A stretch of 64,000 bases of DNA from Flectonema sp. DT1601 (Eukaryota), in NCBI GenBank assembly GCA_964019425.1, contig OZ025787.1, forward strand, positions 1,116,001-1,180,000. Direction: 5' to 3'. Below are positions 1 to 12,851 of the stretch, one piece after another. The notes under the pieces were generated by a model, which searched no databases, was not told the DNA's origin, and was given only the letters and a program-made list of their open reading frames with translations. The stretch's first letter is position 1. The number at the start of each line of letters is the position of its first letter. A program made the translations under genes and the position numbers.

Positions 1-935
1 ATGAGGCGCACTTGTCCTTCTGGATCAGATGCGCCTAAGCCTGGCTCGTTCTGAGACAGCAGCGTAAGACACCTGGGTCATGACTGGCAGATTTTCCAAC
101 TTCACAGCCCTTAAGCCATGACTGGGTACGTCTAGGGAAGAGATCGGTCTGCTCCTCATCGCGGCATGGACAGGGGCTTTCACCACAATGTGACAATACA
201 GGAACCACCGAAGAAGCAGCCGAAGATGCTTTTAGCCGCCGCTCCCGATGTCGCACTGGGCATATGTAAGACCTGTTTCTTTGCATTCTGTTGCTGCTCG
301 ATATAGCTGCTGCTTTGTTGCAGTTTTTTTTATTTTATAATTAAGTTGCTTCTTTTTTGCGTCTCTGGTCATGACCCTAAACTGACTAAGCTTCTCATTT
401 TCTTGACAGAACAGGAACCCCTCTCCCGATACGCATAAAACATGTCAGCGATGAGTTTCTGAGTCGGTCCGCTCCTCATCGCGACATGCGCGTGTAGAGG
501 AAGGACGGGGGCTGTCACCACAATGTGACAAAGCAGACACCGCCACTGAAGAAGCAGCCACCACCGATCCCTATGTGTGACTTGTGCGGCCAAAACAGCC
601 ACAATAAACACAACAAAACAGGTTTGCAACTTTGCCTCTTTGTTTCTTTCTCGCCGCTCGCCGTCAAGCACACATTGGGATAGATTAGATGGATATGCTG
701 GATGATTGGTGTCTGCCACAATGTGGAATGGAGGGCCAAAGCCAAAAGCTTGCCCAGATCCACCTGAACCCACCACCCATGTTGCCCTATGATGGAAACT
801 GTGAATCACAGTATGAGAAGAGTTACTTTAAAAGTGCCGATCCGTTTTCTATCGGTCTTAACCTTGGTGTCCAACTAAACTAAAGGGCAAAGCGGCCTCG
901 TAATGAGAAGCCGGCCTCGTAAGTGATATTCTATG

Positions 936-2031
936 TTACGAAGCCAACCGCTTAGCTTTCTCCCTCCTACCCTGTCTCTGTTCCGAGGTGACGCCTACAT
1001 CACCTATGTATTTTTCAGGGACATGCTTTTTGACATCCCTTTCCCGATGGAATTCCTCTTCCAATTGTGCCCGGGGGATTTCATTGACCTGTGCTTCGGG
1101 GATCGGATGTTTTATAGCATCCACCAGCAGTATGTTATCCAACCTTATTTTGGTGTCGTCGTTCAGTATCGCGTTCACCTTCGCTATATGTTTTACTGTG
1201 TATATCTGCCTGGACCAAATCTGCTTGGTTCCCTTTGTGAAGATGTTGCGAGTCAGACGCTTACGTACTTTGTCACCAACAGAAATGTTTGTCTTAATAT
1301 CCACATTATACTTCTTTAAATTATCGGACAGGATTCTTTCAAATAATGGATCTTCGGGAGTGCTAACATATACTTGATTGGGAGTGTAATCGTGTAATGT
1401 TGAATGGGGCGTGCCGTTGTAGTCGGTGATAACCTTTTGTAAGTACTGCGACCATTTAGTCGTTCTGAATAAGGTCAAGTGCCTTTCCATCCTCTCGCGG
1501 AATGTTCTCGAGAATCGATCCACAACACCTAAAGCATTATGATCTCCCACCTCATTTGTCTCATGATTAATATTAAAACGATTGAGTAGCTCTTGTACAT
1601 ACTTATTTAAGAACTCCGTCCCATTGTCGCTGATGATTGTTCCGATTGAGGGGCTCGTTGCTTCGATGATGCTTCGCAGGGCTTCTTCTACGACTGGCCC
1701 TGTTTTGTTTTTTAGTGCCCTCGCTGATGCCCTTCTGGAGAAGATATCAATCGCTATCAGTATGAATGTGTTTCCGTTGTTAGTTCTCTTGTAGGGTTGG
1801 TAATCTAATAAATCCATCTGAACCCTCTCATTGATCCCGAATGCAACAATATGGCCGGTAATCTTTTTGGTTTTAACCTTGTAGAGTTGCGACACTTCAT
1901 TGAGTTTCAAGAAGTCCACCACGTCGCGTCGTTCCACATGTGGGTTATTCGCATGAGCAACCTTGTAGATTTTTTCGACAGACTCGATAACTCAATTCCT
2001 CATAAACAGATTTTATTGTAGCAGCAGTCAT
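936..2031 (-). pseudogene. Polinton/adintovirus/Mavirus-type retroviral-like (rve) integrase with an N-terminal frameshift
   Basis: QMDLLD...LIAIDIFSR...IISDNGTEF...VVDRFSRT...YNGTPHS, then GDKVR..IFTKG..WSRQIY, as in Polinton-type integrases. The ATG at 2031 (MTAATIKSVYEELSY) joins the 936-1937 frame through a frameshift near 1985-1990. Confidence 0.85.
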
Positions 2032-2086
2032 AATATATATTTAATCACGGGATTTATTTTGGACGTGATAATATACAATAAGAACA

Positions 2087-2400
2087 ATGAATACCTTTTA
2101 TACTACATTAAGCGATAACCAACTTCAAAGGGTCAAGTCTTCCCGGAACCCGCTGATACGAATTCAGGTTCCAAAGGAGGGAGGTCCTCATATGATCCCT
2201 ATCAGCGACGAGGATGCCGAGAAGATTAAGAGGAGCCGGGGAAAAACCGTACGACTCAATTTAGATGTTGATGCTGCAAGGGGGTCTGGGTTCCTCAGTG
2301 ATGTTCTATCCGGTATCAAAACCGTTGCAAAGAAGGTATTAAAGCCGCCCATGTCCTCGTCGATACCGCTGCAGATGCTTTGCTAGGTGGAGGTATTATC
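2087..2400 (+). pseudogene. Polinton/adintovirus-like small virion protein, possibly membrane-active, frameshifted
   Basis: ARGSG-FLSDVLSGIKTVAKKVLK amphipathic helix after a GxG site. A shifted frame from ~2344 continues AAHVLVDTAADALLGGG. Lies between the integrase and the protease. Confidence 0.5.
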
Positions 2401-2405
2401 GTGCC

Positions 2406-3146
2406 TTGTACCTCATTAAAAAAAACAATGATGTAGACTACGAACCTCTATATAGTTATCAAATAGAAGACTACCTGAAAGAAATTGGTAAACCTTTGGC
2501 GGGGGTTTTCATGCCCGACGAAATACCACACGATCTCGACCCTGGTTACTATCTTATAAACTTGGATCACTCTGATTCTGTTGGAACTCACTGGACATGT
2601 CTATTCATAGCTCCCTCTGGACCTGCGTTGTACTTCGATTCATTTGGCATGCCTCCACCCGAAGAAGTAAGAGTTCGACCTCTCATCTATTCCACGACCC
2701 AGCTGCAGGACTTGAAGAGCATAATGTGTGGGTACTTCGTCATCGACTTTGTGAAGAATGTACATGATGAAAACTCCTACCACGATTTCTTACATAAAAA
2801 GTATCACGGTGATGCTGACGACGATGACAGAATAATCAAGGGTGGTGGTATCCATGAGTGGTTGACACGGGTTTTCCCCAACACAGAACTGCATCTACCA
2901 GTTCTGACTAAGAATGGGGTTGAGAAGGCTTCGTTTGCAGGTCCTGGTACTAAGTTAGAGGATAGGATCAAGAACTTGGATGACAACATTACTAGGGAAG
3001 TAAACAACGAAGACATCCCGGAATCGGATATTATAACGAAGCCCAAGAGTCGATTTGATAGGTTGGCGATGCATCACGATCTCTCATATTCCGCTGCTGA
3101 GAGGGACTGTGATGATGATCCCAATTGTGTCAAGAAGAAGAAGTTT
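2406..3146 (+). CDS. Adenain/Ulp1-clan (CE) cysteine protease fused in frame to a parvovirus-VP1u-type phospholipase A2 domain, 3'-truncated
   Basis: Protease motifs GTHWTCL, YFDSFG.PP, QDLKSIMCG; linker IIKGGG; PLA2 motifs FAGPGT and DRLAMHHDLSY. Confidence 0.8.
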
Positions 3147-3624
3147 CGAAGCAGCAAGCGGCCAGCATGGCGTACCTCTTGGATGTCTTTCTGTTGAGAA
3201 TTGCCAAGATTATTCCTTGGGTTATTCATACGTTCACACTTTTGATAATGACGAAAGTATAACAATAAATGTTACTTCTGCCTGTCCAGACTTCCTGATT
3301 TACCGAACACCTACCGAACAGGATCTCCGGGTAGAATGCCAGAAACTGTTGGATTCGAAACTCCAAATAATCGTTGTCGAAGTGCAGTCTGGTGGAAAAG
3401 ATGAAAAGTTTGGATATGTACAGTTGCGTCTTGCGCTCCATGGATTAGCTCAGCGGAAGAAGGACAAGCGTAAGGTCTTTGGGTTGTACATCAGGAAGAT
3501 AAATGGGGAACTTGGCGCCGCAACCCTCATGAAGTTAGAAGATAATGTTGTTCACATCGATGGCGAATTTGCTCTCAAGGCTATCCCGAACCTCTGTGTG
3601 GAAGTGCTTAAACGCTGTGATTGA
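3147..3624 (+). pseudogene. 5'-truncated PD-(D/E)xK-like nuclease-fold ORF fragment
   Basis: PDFLIY...IIVVEVQ motif spacing; starts abruptly where the PLA2 frame breaks. Confidence 0.35.
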
Positions 3625-3982
3625 AAACCTTCTTTTCATATCATTGTGCCTGTATGGGTACCAATACAAGAAAGTGTGTGTCACTCAGTCTCACTTCTTG
3701 CTGGATAGATTTCACCTATAAAAATAGATAGTCAACCTTCTTTAAGAATGCTCCCAAAAAAGAATCTCCCCGCAACCAATTGTGCACCAGGTTTTTCGAT
3801 TAGTACTGTGTTTGGCAGTGCGTTGGTAGTTTTGCCTTGTAGAACCATCTTTGATTATTGTTGATGGTTTGTTAGCTTTTCTGCTAGCATCTTTGCTCCA
3901 AATACAGGAACCGATATAATATGTTGAAGCTTATCGAGTGGATTTAAGTTGGTTGGATCAAGCGCGTTCTTTATATTATCCC

Positions 3983-4311
3983 ATATCCCCACAAAATATT
4001 ATACCTTTTCATTTTCTCTTTCCTTTTCTGGTCCTTTTTTTTCTTTTTTTTTTTCTTCTTTTTCATATAACGTTTATTTAATTTTTTACTTTTTTTTTTT
4101 CATGTTTGATTATTTCCTCTTCATATTATACTTTTTTTTTCTGCCTCTCTCTTAATTCTGTTCGTTTCTTTGAAACGAAAATTCCTTGGTCAGCATCTGT
4201 CATTGTCGCCCTTTGGGCCTGTTAAAAAAATTAAATAAAAAGAAAGTTTACATCGGGAATAGGACAGGAGCAAAAAGCTCCCAGTCCGTTACTTCCCACC
4301 TTTTCGAAATC
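3983..4311 (+). mobile_element. Short diverged copy of the family E terminus, including the terminal stem-loop
   Basis: Reverse complement of 29488-29865 with some divergence; stem-loop variant aggac-a-ggagc-aaaaa-gctcc-ca-gtcc at 4261-4287. Confidence 0.85.
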
Positions 4312-4339
4312 ATTTCATAAGTTTTATATCAGCGGCGTG

Positions 4340-6425
4340 CTTAAAACTTTGTGGATCAGGCAGTTTTTTTAAACTTTATGTGTGGAGCTGGCGGTTTTTT
4401 AAAACTTTGTGGAGCTGGCAGTTTTTTGAAACTTTGTGTGTGGAGCTGGTGGTTTTTTAAAACTTTGTGTGTGGAGCTCAGTTTTTTGGAACTTTGTGTG
4501 TGGAACTGGCGGTTTTCTCAAACAATTTGTGCGGAGCTGGCAGTTTTTTGAAACCTTGTGTGTGGAGCTTGCAGTTTTTTGAAACTTTGTGTGTGCAACT
4601 GGCAGTTTTTCAAAACTTTGTGTGTGGAACTGGCGGTTTTCTCAAACAATTTGTGTGGAGCTGGCGGTTTTTTAAAACTTTGTGTGTGGAGCTGGCAGTT
4701 TTTTGAAACTTTGTGTGTGGAGCTGGCAGTTTTTTCAAACAATTTGTGTGGAGCTGGCGGTTTTTTGAAACTTTGTGTGTGGAACTGGCGGTTTTCTCAA
4801 ACAATTTGTGTGGAGCTGGCGGTTTTTTAAAACTTTGTGTGTGGAGCTGGCAGTTTTTTGAAACTTTGTGTGTGGAGCTGGCAGTTTTTTCAAACAATTT
4901 GTGTGGAGCTGGCGGTTTTTTGAAACTTTGTGTAACTGGCAGTTTTTTGAAACTTTGTGTGTGGAACTGGCGGTTTTCTCAAACAATTTGTGTGGAGCTG
5001 GCGGTTTTTTAAAACTTTGTGTGTGGAGCTGGCAGTTTTTTGAAACTTTGTGTGTGGAGCTGGCAGTTTTTTCAAACAATTTGTGTGGAGCTGGCGGTTT
5101 TTTGAAACTTTGTGTGTGGAGCTGGCGGTTTTTTAAAACTTTGTGTGTGGAGCTGGCAGTTTTTTGAAACTTTGTGTGTGGAGCTGGCAGTTTTTTCAAA
5201 CAATTTGTGTGGAGCTGGCGGTTTTTTGAAACTTTGTGTGTGGAGCAAGAGCTTTAAAATTTTGTGGCGGTTTATTAAAACTTTGTGGAACTGGCAGTTT
5301 TTCGTAATTTTGTGTGTGGAGCTGGCGGTTTTCTGAAACTTTGTGGCGGTTTTTTGAAACTTTGTGTGTGGAGCTGGCAGTTTTTTGAAACTTTGTGTGT
5401 GCAACTGGCAGTTTTCTCAAACAATTTGTGTGGAACTGGCGGTTTTCTCAAACAATTTGTGTGGAGCTGGCGGTTTTTTGAAACTTTATGTGTGGAGCTT
5501 GCAGTTTTTTGAAACTTTGTGTGTGCAACTGGCGGTTTTCTCAAACAATTTGTGTGGAGCTGGTGGTTTTTTGGAACTTTGTGTGTGGAGCTCAGTTTTT
5601 TGGAACTTTGTGTGTGGAACTGGCGGTTTTCTCAAACAATTTGTGTGGAGCTGGTGGTTTTTTGGAACTTTGTGTGTGGAGCTCAGTTTTTTGGAACTTT
5701 GTGTGTGGAACTGGCGGTTTTCTCAAACAATTTGTGTGGAACTGGCGGTTTTCTCAAACAATTTGTGTGGAGCTGGCGGTTTTTTGAAACTTTATGTGTG
5801 GAGCTTGCAGTTTTTTGAAACTTTGTGTGTGCAACTGGCGGTTTTCTCAAACAATTTGTGTGGAGCTGGTGGTTTTTTGGAACTTTGTGTGTGGAGCTCA
5901 GTTTTTTGGAACTTTGTGTGTGGAACTGGCGGTTTTCTCAAACAATTTGTGTGGAGCTGGCAGTTTTTTGAAACTTTGTGTGTGGAACTGGCGGTTTTCT
6001 CAAACAACTTGTGTGGAGCTGGCGGTTTTTGGAGCTGGCAGTTTTTTGAAACTTTTTGTGTGCAACTGGCAGTTTTTTAAAACTTTGTGGAGCAGGCAGT
6101 TTTCAAACAATTTGTGCGGAGCTGGCAGTTTTTTGAAACTTTGTGTGTGGAACTGACGGTTTTCTCAAACAATTTGTGTGGAGCTCAGTTTTTTGGAACT
6201 TTGTGTGTGGAACTGGCGGTTTTCTCAAACAATTTGTGTGGAGCTTGCAGTTTTTTGAAACTTTGTGTGTGCAACTGGCGGTTTTCTCAAACAATTTGTG
6301 TGGAGCTGGTGGTTTTTTGGAACTTTGTGTGTGGAGCTCAGTTTTTTGGAACTTTGTGTGTGGAACTGGCGGTTTTCTCAAACAATTTGTGTGGAGCTGG
6401 CGGTTTTTTGAAACTTTGTGGAGCA
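4340..6425. repeat. ~29-31-bp minisatellite array of about 2.1 kb
   Basis: Units such as tgtgtgtggagctggcagttttttgaaactt and tgtgtggagctggcggttttctcaaacaatt repeated in tandem. Confidence 0.97.
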
Positions 6426-6426
6426 G

Positions 6427-8107
6427 AGTTGAATTTCCAGGTGAGATTTGGACTGTTAGCTTTTGGCTAAGGCCCTCCCTGAAGAGCAAGAACAAAAAAA
6501 CTACTCACACCTGAAGAAAACATACACAAAGAACACACTGTAAGCTGTGTGTGTATTTTGTGTTTGTCACAACAGGAGAGAAAAGAAAGAATGTCAAGGT
6601 TGGTCACCTTGCCTATCAACGCACAACATTGGTGGTCTCTACTAGACCCTGAGTGATCCCACTGGATCTCTCATCGTTCATAGTACCCTGTGTGAAGTTA
6701 TAAAATCAAAGGTAAACTATGAACTACAAATGACTTAGCCTGTTATTATAATGCCACAGGCAGGCCCTGCATTCAGCAACTATCCAGCAGTGCTTGGAAG
6801 TCCTGATCTTCTTCTAAAAAAAAGAAAGAAAAACAAAACTGTAGCTGGGATCACTCAGGATCAACAGACTACCAATGCTACCTGTTGTACTTGCTCACTA
6901 TGGGGGGTGATGCCAAACACCCAGAAGTACTAAACTGCTTTCCTTCTTGCTGCCCAGGAGTTTCTGACCAGAACTAATAGAAAATAAAAAGTAGATGGGA
7001 AACAATAAAAAGTAAAATGGATATAACTGAAGTTAAACAAGACAAATGAAGTAACAGACCAGAACAGAAAGAGAATTGTAATAGAAGATTACAAATAAAA
7101 AAATGCAAGTATCAACACATGATCAGGATACACCAGCAGCTAACAAACAACATAAAATTGAAGATCAGTTGCCAGAGTATTTCAACCATGGTAGAATACT
7201 CGCCCCTCTGGCAGGGATTATCCCAGACTTGTCCTTTAATTTAGTTGGACACCATGGCTTACAACCCTTCCAGAGGGAAGCACCATTATGACTTCTATTT
7301 TTTTTCTTCAAGAAAATCATAAGGTGGTAACAAAGAAAAAATGCTAAGAGGAACCCCCTATTAACACCTAAGACATCTAAACTGCAGCCCAGCCTATGCC
7401 CAATGCACTAACAGGTCATTCCCTCACACTCAGATCAAAAAAATCAAAGTTCAGAGTGCATCTTAGCGTGAATGAGAGAATTTCCTCCCGCTTATTTTGA
7501 ACAAAAGGGATAGGAGAAGGGATAGAAAACGAACATAAAAATAAAATTCTAAGTGAGAAACACTTAGCAGAAACACTTAGCAGCTTTTAAGGAGCTGAAA
7601 AGCAAAAAAAAAATCTAAGTGAGAAACACTTAGCAGAAACAATTTGTAGCTAATTAAGCTGAAAATAAAAAAAATAAAAAATTTCTAAGTGAGAAATACT
7701 TAGCAACTTTTAGAACAAATATTTCAGTAAATAACCTGTAATGATTAAACCATTACAAGTTTGATGCCAAAACTGACAAGGACTGAGTTGAATTTCCAGG
7801 TGAGATTTGGACTGTTAGCTTTTGGCTAAGGCCCTCCCTGAAGAGCAAGAACAAAAAAACTACCCACACCTGAAGAAAACATACACAAAGAACACACTGT
7901 AAGCTGTGTGTGTATTTTGTGTTTGTCACAACAGGAGAGAAAAGAAAGAATGTCAAGGTTGGTCACCTTGCCTATCAACGCACAACATTGGTGGTCTCTA
8001 CTAGACCCTGAGTGATCCCACTGGATCTCTCATCGTTCATAGTACCCTGTGTGAAGTTATAAAATCAAAGGTAAACTATAAACTACAAATGACTTAGCCT
8101 GTTATTA
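6427..8107 (-). mobile_element. Family R1: 1359-bp non-coding unit plus a partial second unit, head-to-tail
   Basis: gaatttccaggtgagatttggactg at 6431 and 7790. Near-identical copies at 15278, 23773, 25157, 45929 and 47287, and inverted at ~50950. Confidence 0.9.
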
Positions 8108-8578
8108 TTTAGAATTTTATTGTTATGTTCATTTTCTATCCCCTCTTCTATCCCTTTTGTTCAAAAAAAGCGATGAGATATTTCTCTCATTCATGCTAAG
8201 ATGCACTCTGAACTTTGATTTTTTGATCTGAGTGTGAGGGAATGACCTGTTAGTGCATTGGGCATAAGCTGTGCTGCAGTTTAGATGTCTTAGGTGTTAA
8301 TAGGGGGTTCCTCTTAGCATTTTTTCTTTGTTACCACCTTATGATTTTCTTGAAGAAAAAAAATAGAAGTCATAATGGTGCTTCCCTCTGGAAGGGTTGT
8401 AAGCCATGGTGTCCAACTAAATTAAAGGACAAGTCTGGGATAATCCCTGCCAGAGGGGCGAGTATTCTACCATGGTTGAAATACTCTGGCAACTGATCTT
8501 CAATTTTATGTTGTTTGTTAGCTGCTGGTGTATCTTGATCATGTGTTGATACTTGCATTTTTTTTTTTATTTGTAATC
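8108..8578 (+). repeat. Inverted partial R1 segment forming a fold-back with 7085-7552
   Basis: Reverse complement of the R1 interior; the QVSTHDQDTP frame appears on both strands. Confidence 0.9.
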
Positions 8579-8619
8579 TTTTGTTTTTGTTTATTTGTTT
8601 TTTCTTTAAAAAATAAATA

Positions 8620-11061
8620 AAAAGATAAAAAAAATAAAAAAAAAAAGGAATAAACAATGTTATCATTGTTTTTTTATCGATCGACTATGTCGATTACTTT
8701 CTATTTTCCGTCCTGGTCAGGACGCTAAACTGACTGTTTTTTCTTTAAAAATAAATAAAAAGTTAAAAAAAAAAAAAAAAAAAAGGAATAAACAATGTTA
8801 TCATTGTTTTTTTTTATCGATCGACTATGTCGACTAATTTCTATTTTCCGTCCTGGTCAGGACGCTAAACTGATTGTTTTTTCTTTAACCCATTAAGGAC
8901 GGGGGGTCCACTACAGTGGTTATTTTGAAATTTTATTTTCGCTAAGGGGAAAACCCGGCTAACGCTACCCAGGGGGGGTGTAATCGAGGCCGTTTCGCGA
9001 CGAATCTTGGGTGGGATGGCGTGGTTCGCTGTGTTTTCATTCATGAAATTCAAAACTAATAATCGAAATTTTACCACCTAACAAGAAGTTTCGTGTGCCT
9101 GTTGAAATTGATACAAGTTCGGCGTCCTATGAAAGTCTGATGATGATGGATTCTGTATCGGAGTCGTCATCTGACAGCAACACAGCAAAGGTATCAAAGT
9201 GGGGGGGGCAAAACCAAGAGAATCCCCAGGGAAAAACGGAAAGGACCTACCCAGAGTGTGAGCGACTTTAATGAAATGAGCGAATTGAAGGCATCCAACT
9301 CATTTTCACTGATCATGTGCTTAAAATGATATTTCGACACACTCTTGCCTACCCGATTGACAAAGAGACGTCCATGAAGTCACTAGAAGTTGGTGAACTG
9401 AAATGCTTTCTCCGTAATTTCCACACTGCTAACAAACACATTCCTGCTTCTTATGTTCATAGTCTTGTTAAACCCCATAATAATAAAGGGCATTGGGTGA
9501 CGTTTGACAATTTCAATTCGTCATACGCATTTCTTGTTTTGATGTTAGCGAAAGGGTTCCACTGTGTTGGAACAGCCTGACGGAACAGAAAGGGAGTTCT
9601 GTTGATGTTCCAAAACCGAAGGCTACCCCTGGACCGGGACGACTAAGCAAATCGGAAGTGAAAGAAAGACCGAAGAATCTTTCTGCTTCTTACCTTCAGT
9701 CAAGCACGGCATCCACCATATAAAGTGGAGAGACTCAAAGGATGTGCATCTTTTCAGTACTCTTCCCTTACGTGAGCACTGTGTCGATGTATATCGCTGG
9801 ATTAGGAAGAGAAATAAAAAAGAAAAAGTGCCGATCAAACTACCGTGCAAGTAGACAGGTACACCAAAACGATGGGAGGTGTTAACCTGATGGATAGCGT
9901 GAAGGGAAGGGCGAACAGAAACCTTCAAACTAAACGATGGCATCTAAAGGTTTTCGACTACTTGCTGAAAGTTTCAATGTTCAACACGTTTACCCTTCAA
10001 AAGAAATGCGGTAAGGATACTGGTACCTACATACGGTATGTAGAGGAGCTCGCTATGCAAGACGTCAGTGACGGGACGTCGAGAGACAAGACAACCAATA
10101 CTACATCTACTATTGACTCGGGTTCGCACTTTTCACACATGTTCAGCACCACTGAGCACTATCCATCAATATTTGGCGCTGCTAAACAATGTAAGTATCA
10201 CAATACTCGAGTGAGGACTACTTATGGATGCCAGGGGTGTAAGGTTTTTATGTGTCCTGCACCCTGTTTTGGTAAATACCACTTAAATCTTACAAAGGGG
10301 AGAACATTTGCGTCCCATACCACCACCTCTGTGTCGGGAGGTGCTATCCGGGAAGAATGTACGAAGGGGAAGACCCCTGCACTCACAACAACATCAAAAT
10401 TGAAGAGGCGCAGGGAGTCATAAGAACTGAGCTTATTTTTGTCTTTGGTGGTGTTTTCATTTGTTCTGTTCACCCTTTAGGTGGTGAATGTGTGTGTATT
10501 TTTAACGGGCAGGCAATGGCGGTTCACTTTGTCACATCACCTTTCCGAGCCCCCCTACCCCTTTTCCCCGTTAGATCTTTTTTCAAAAAAAGTCAAAAAA
10601 CCGGGTTTTACCCCCGTCCGTAATGGGTTAATTAATAAAAAGATAAAAAAAAAAAAAAAAAGGAATAAACAATGTTATCATTGTTTTTTTTATCGATCGA
10701 CTATGTCGATTACTTTCTATTTTCCGTCCTGGTCAGGACGCTAAACTGACTGTTTTTTCTTTAAAAAATAAATAAAAAGTTAAAAAAAAAAAAAAAAAAA
10801 GGAATAAACAATGTTATCATTGTTTTTTTTATCGATCGACTATGTCGATTACTTTCTATTTTCCGACCTGGTCAAGATGCTAAACTGATTGTTTTTTTTT
10901 TTAAAATAAATAAAAAAAATATAAAAAAAAAAAATAAAAAAAAAAGAATAAACAATGTTATCATTGTTTCTTATCGATCGACTTTGTCGACTAATTTCTA
11001 TTTTCCGTCCTGGTCAGGACGCTAAACTGATTGTTTTTTCTTTAAAAATAAATAAAAGATA

Positions 11062-11092
<31 letters not shown>

Positions 11093-11504
11093 ATAAACAA
11101 TGTTATCATTGTTTTTTTTTTATCGATCGACTTTGTCGACTAATTTCTATTTTCCGTCCTGGTCAAGACGCTAAACTGATTATTTTTTTCTTTAAAAAAT
11201 AAATAAAAAGAATAAAAAAAAAAAAAAGAAAAATGAATAAACAATGTTATCATTGTTTCTTATCGATCGACTTTGTCGACTAATTTCTATTTTCCGTCCT
11301 GGTCAAGACGCTAAACTGATTATTTTTTTCTTTAAAAAATAAATAAAAAGAATAAAAAAAAAAAAATAAAAAATAAAAAAAAAAATGAATAAACAATGTT
11401 ATCATTGTTTCTTATCGATCGACTTTGTCGACTAATTTCTATTTTCCGTCCTGGTCAAGACGCTAAACTGATTGTTTTTTCTTTTAAAAAATAAATAAAA
11501 GATA

Positions 11505-11535
<31 letters not shown>

Positions 11536-11934
11536 AGAAATAAACAATGTTATCATTGTTTTTTTTATCGATCGACTTTGTCGATTACTTTCTATTTTCC
11601 GTCCTGGTCAGGACGCTAAACTGACTGTTTTTTCTTTAAAAAATAAATAAAAAGTTAAAAAAAAAAAAAAAAAGGAATAAACAATGTTATCATTGTTTTT
11701 TTTATCGATCGACTATGTCGATTACTTTCTATTTTCCGTCCTGGTCAAGATGCTAAACTGATTGTTTTTTTTTTTAAAATAAATAAAAAGAATATAAAAA
11801 AAAAAAATAAAAAAAAAAGAATAAACAATGTTATCATTGTTTCTTATCGATCGACTTTGTCGACTAATTTCTATTTTCCGTCCTGGTCAGGACGCTAAAC
11901 TGATTGTTTTTTCTTTAAAAATAAATAAAAGATA

Positions 11935-11965
<31 letters not shown>

Positions 11966-12376
11966 ATAAACAATGTTATCATTGTTTTTTTTTTATCGAT
12001 CGACTTTGTCGACTAATTTCTATTTTCCGTCCTGGTCAAGACGCTAAACTGATTATTTTTTTCTTTAAAAAATAAATAAAAAGAATAAAAAAAAAAAAAA
12101 GAAAAATGAATAAACAATGTTATCATTGTTTCTTATCGATCGACTTTGTCGACTAATTTCTATTTTCCGTCCTGGTCAAGACGCTAAACTGATTATTTTT
12201 TTCTTTAAAAAATAAATAAAAAGAATAAAAAATAAAAAAATAAAAAATAAAAAAAAAAATGAATAAACAATGTTATCATTGTTTCTTATCGATCGACTTT
12301 GTCGACTAATTTCTATTTTCCGTCCTGGTCAGGACGCTAAACTGATTGTTTTTTCTTTAAAAATAAATAAAAGATA

Positions 12377-12407
<31 letters not shown>

Positions 12408-12820
12408 ATAAACAATGTTATCATTGTTTTTTTTTTATCGATCGACTTTGTCGACTAATTTCTATTTTCCGTCCTGGTCAAGACGCTAAACTGATTATTT
12501 TTTTCTTTAAAAAATAAATAAAAAGAATAAAAAAAAAAAAAAGAAAAATGAATAAACAATGTTATCATTGTTTCTTATCGATCGACTTTGTCGACTAATT
12601 TCTATTTTCCGTCCTGGTCAAGACGCTAAACTGATTATTTTTTTCTTTAAAAAATAAATAAAAAGAATAAAAAAAAAAAAAATAAAAAATAAAAAAAAAA
12701 ATGAATAAACAATGTTATCATTGTTTCTTATCGATCGACTTTGTCGACTAATTTCTATTTTCCGTCCTGGTCAAGACGCTAAACTGATTGTTTTTTCTTT
12801 TAAAAAATAAATAAAAGATA

Positions 12821-12851
<31 letters not shown>

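Noticed and set aside
6450..6476. Histone 3' stem-loop or hammerhead ribozyme at the R1/D/E ends
   Set aside because: The 5-nt loop and the stem do not match the histone consensus. The nearby CTGAAGA lacks a properly placed GAAA core.
4351..6514. Many overlapping ORFs (CGAGGFLKLCV / KTASSTHK)
   Set aside because: Translations of the ~30-bp minisatellite.
6751..7291. Recurrent 60-78-aa ORFs in R1
   Set aside because: No motifs, and their lengths differ between copies; recurrence only reflects the repeat.
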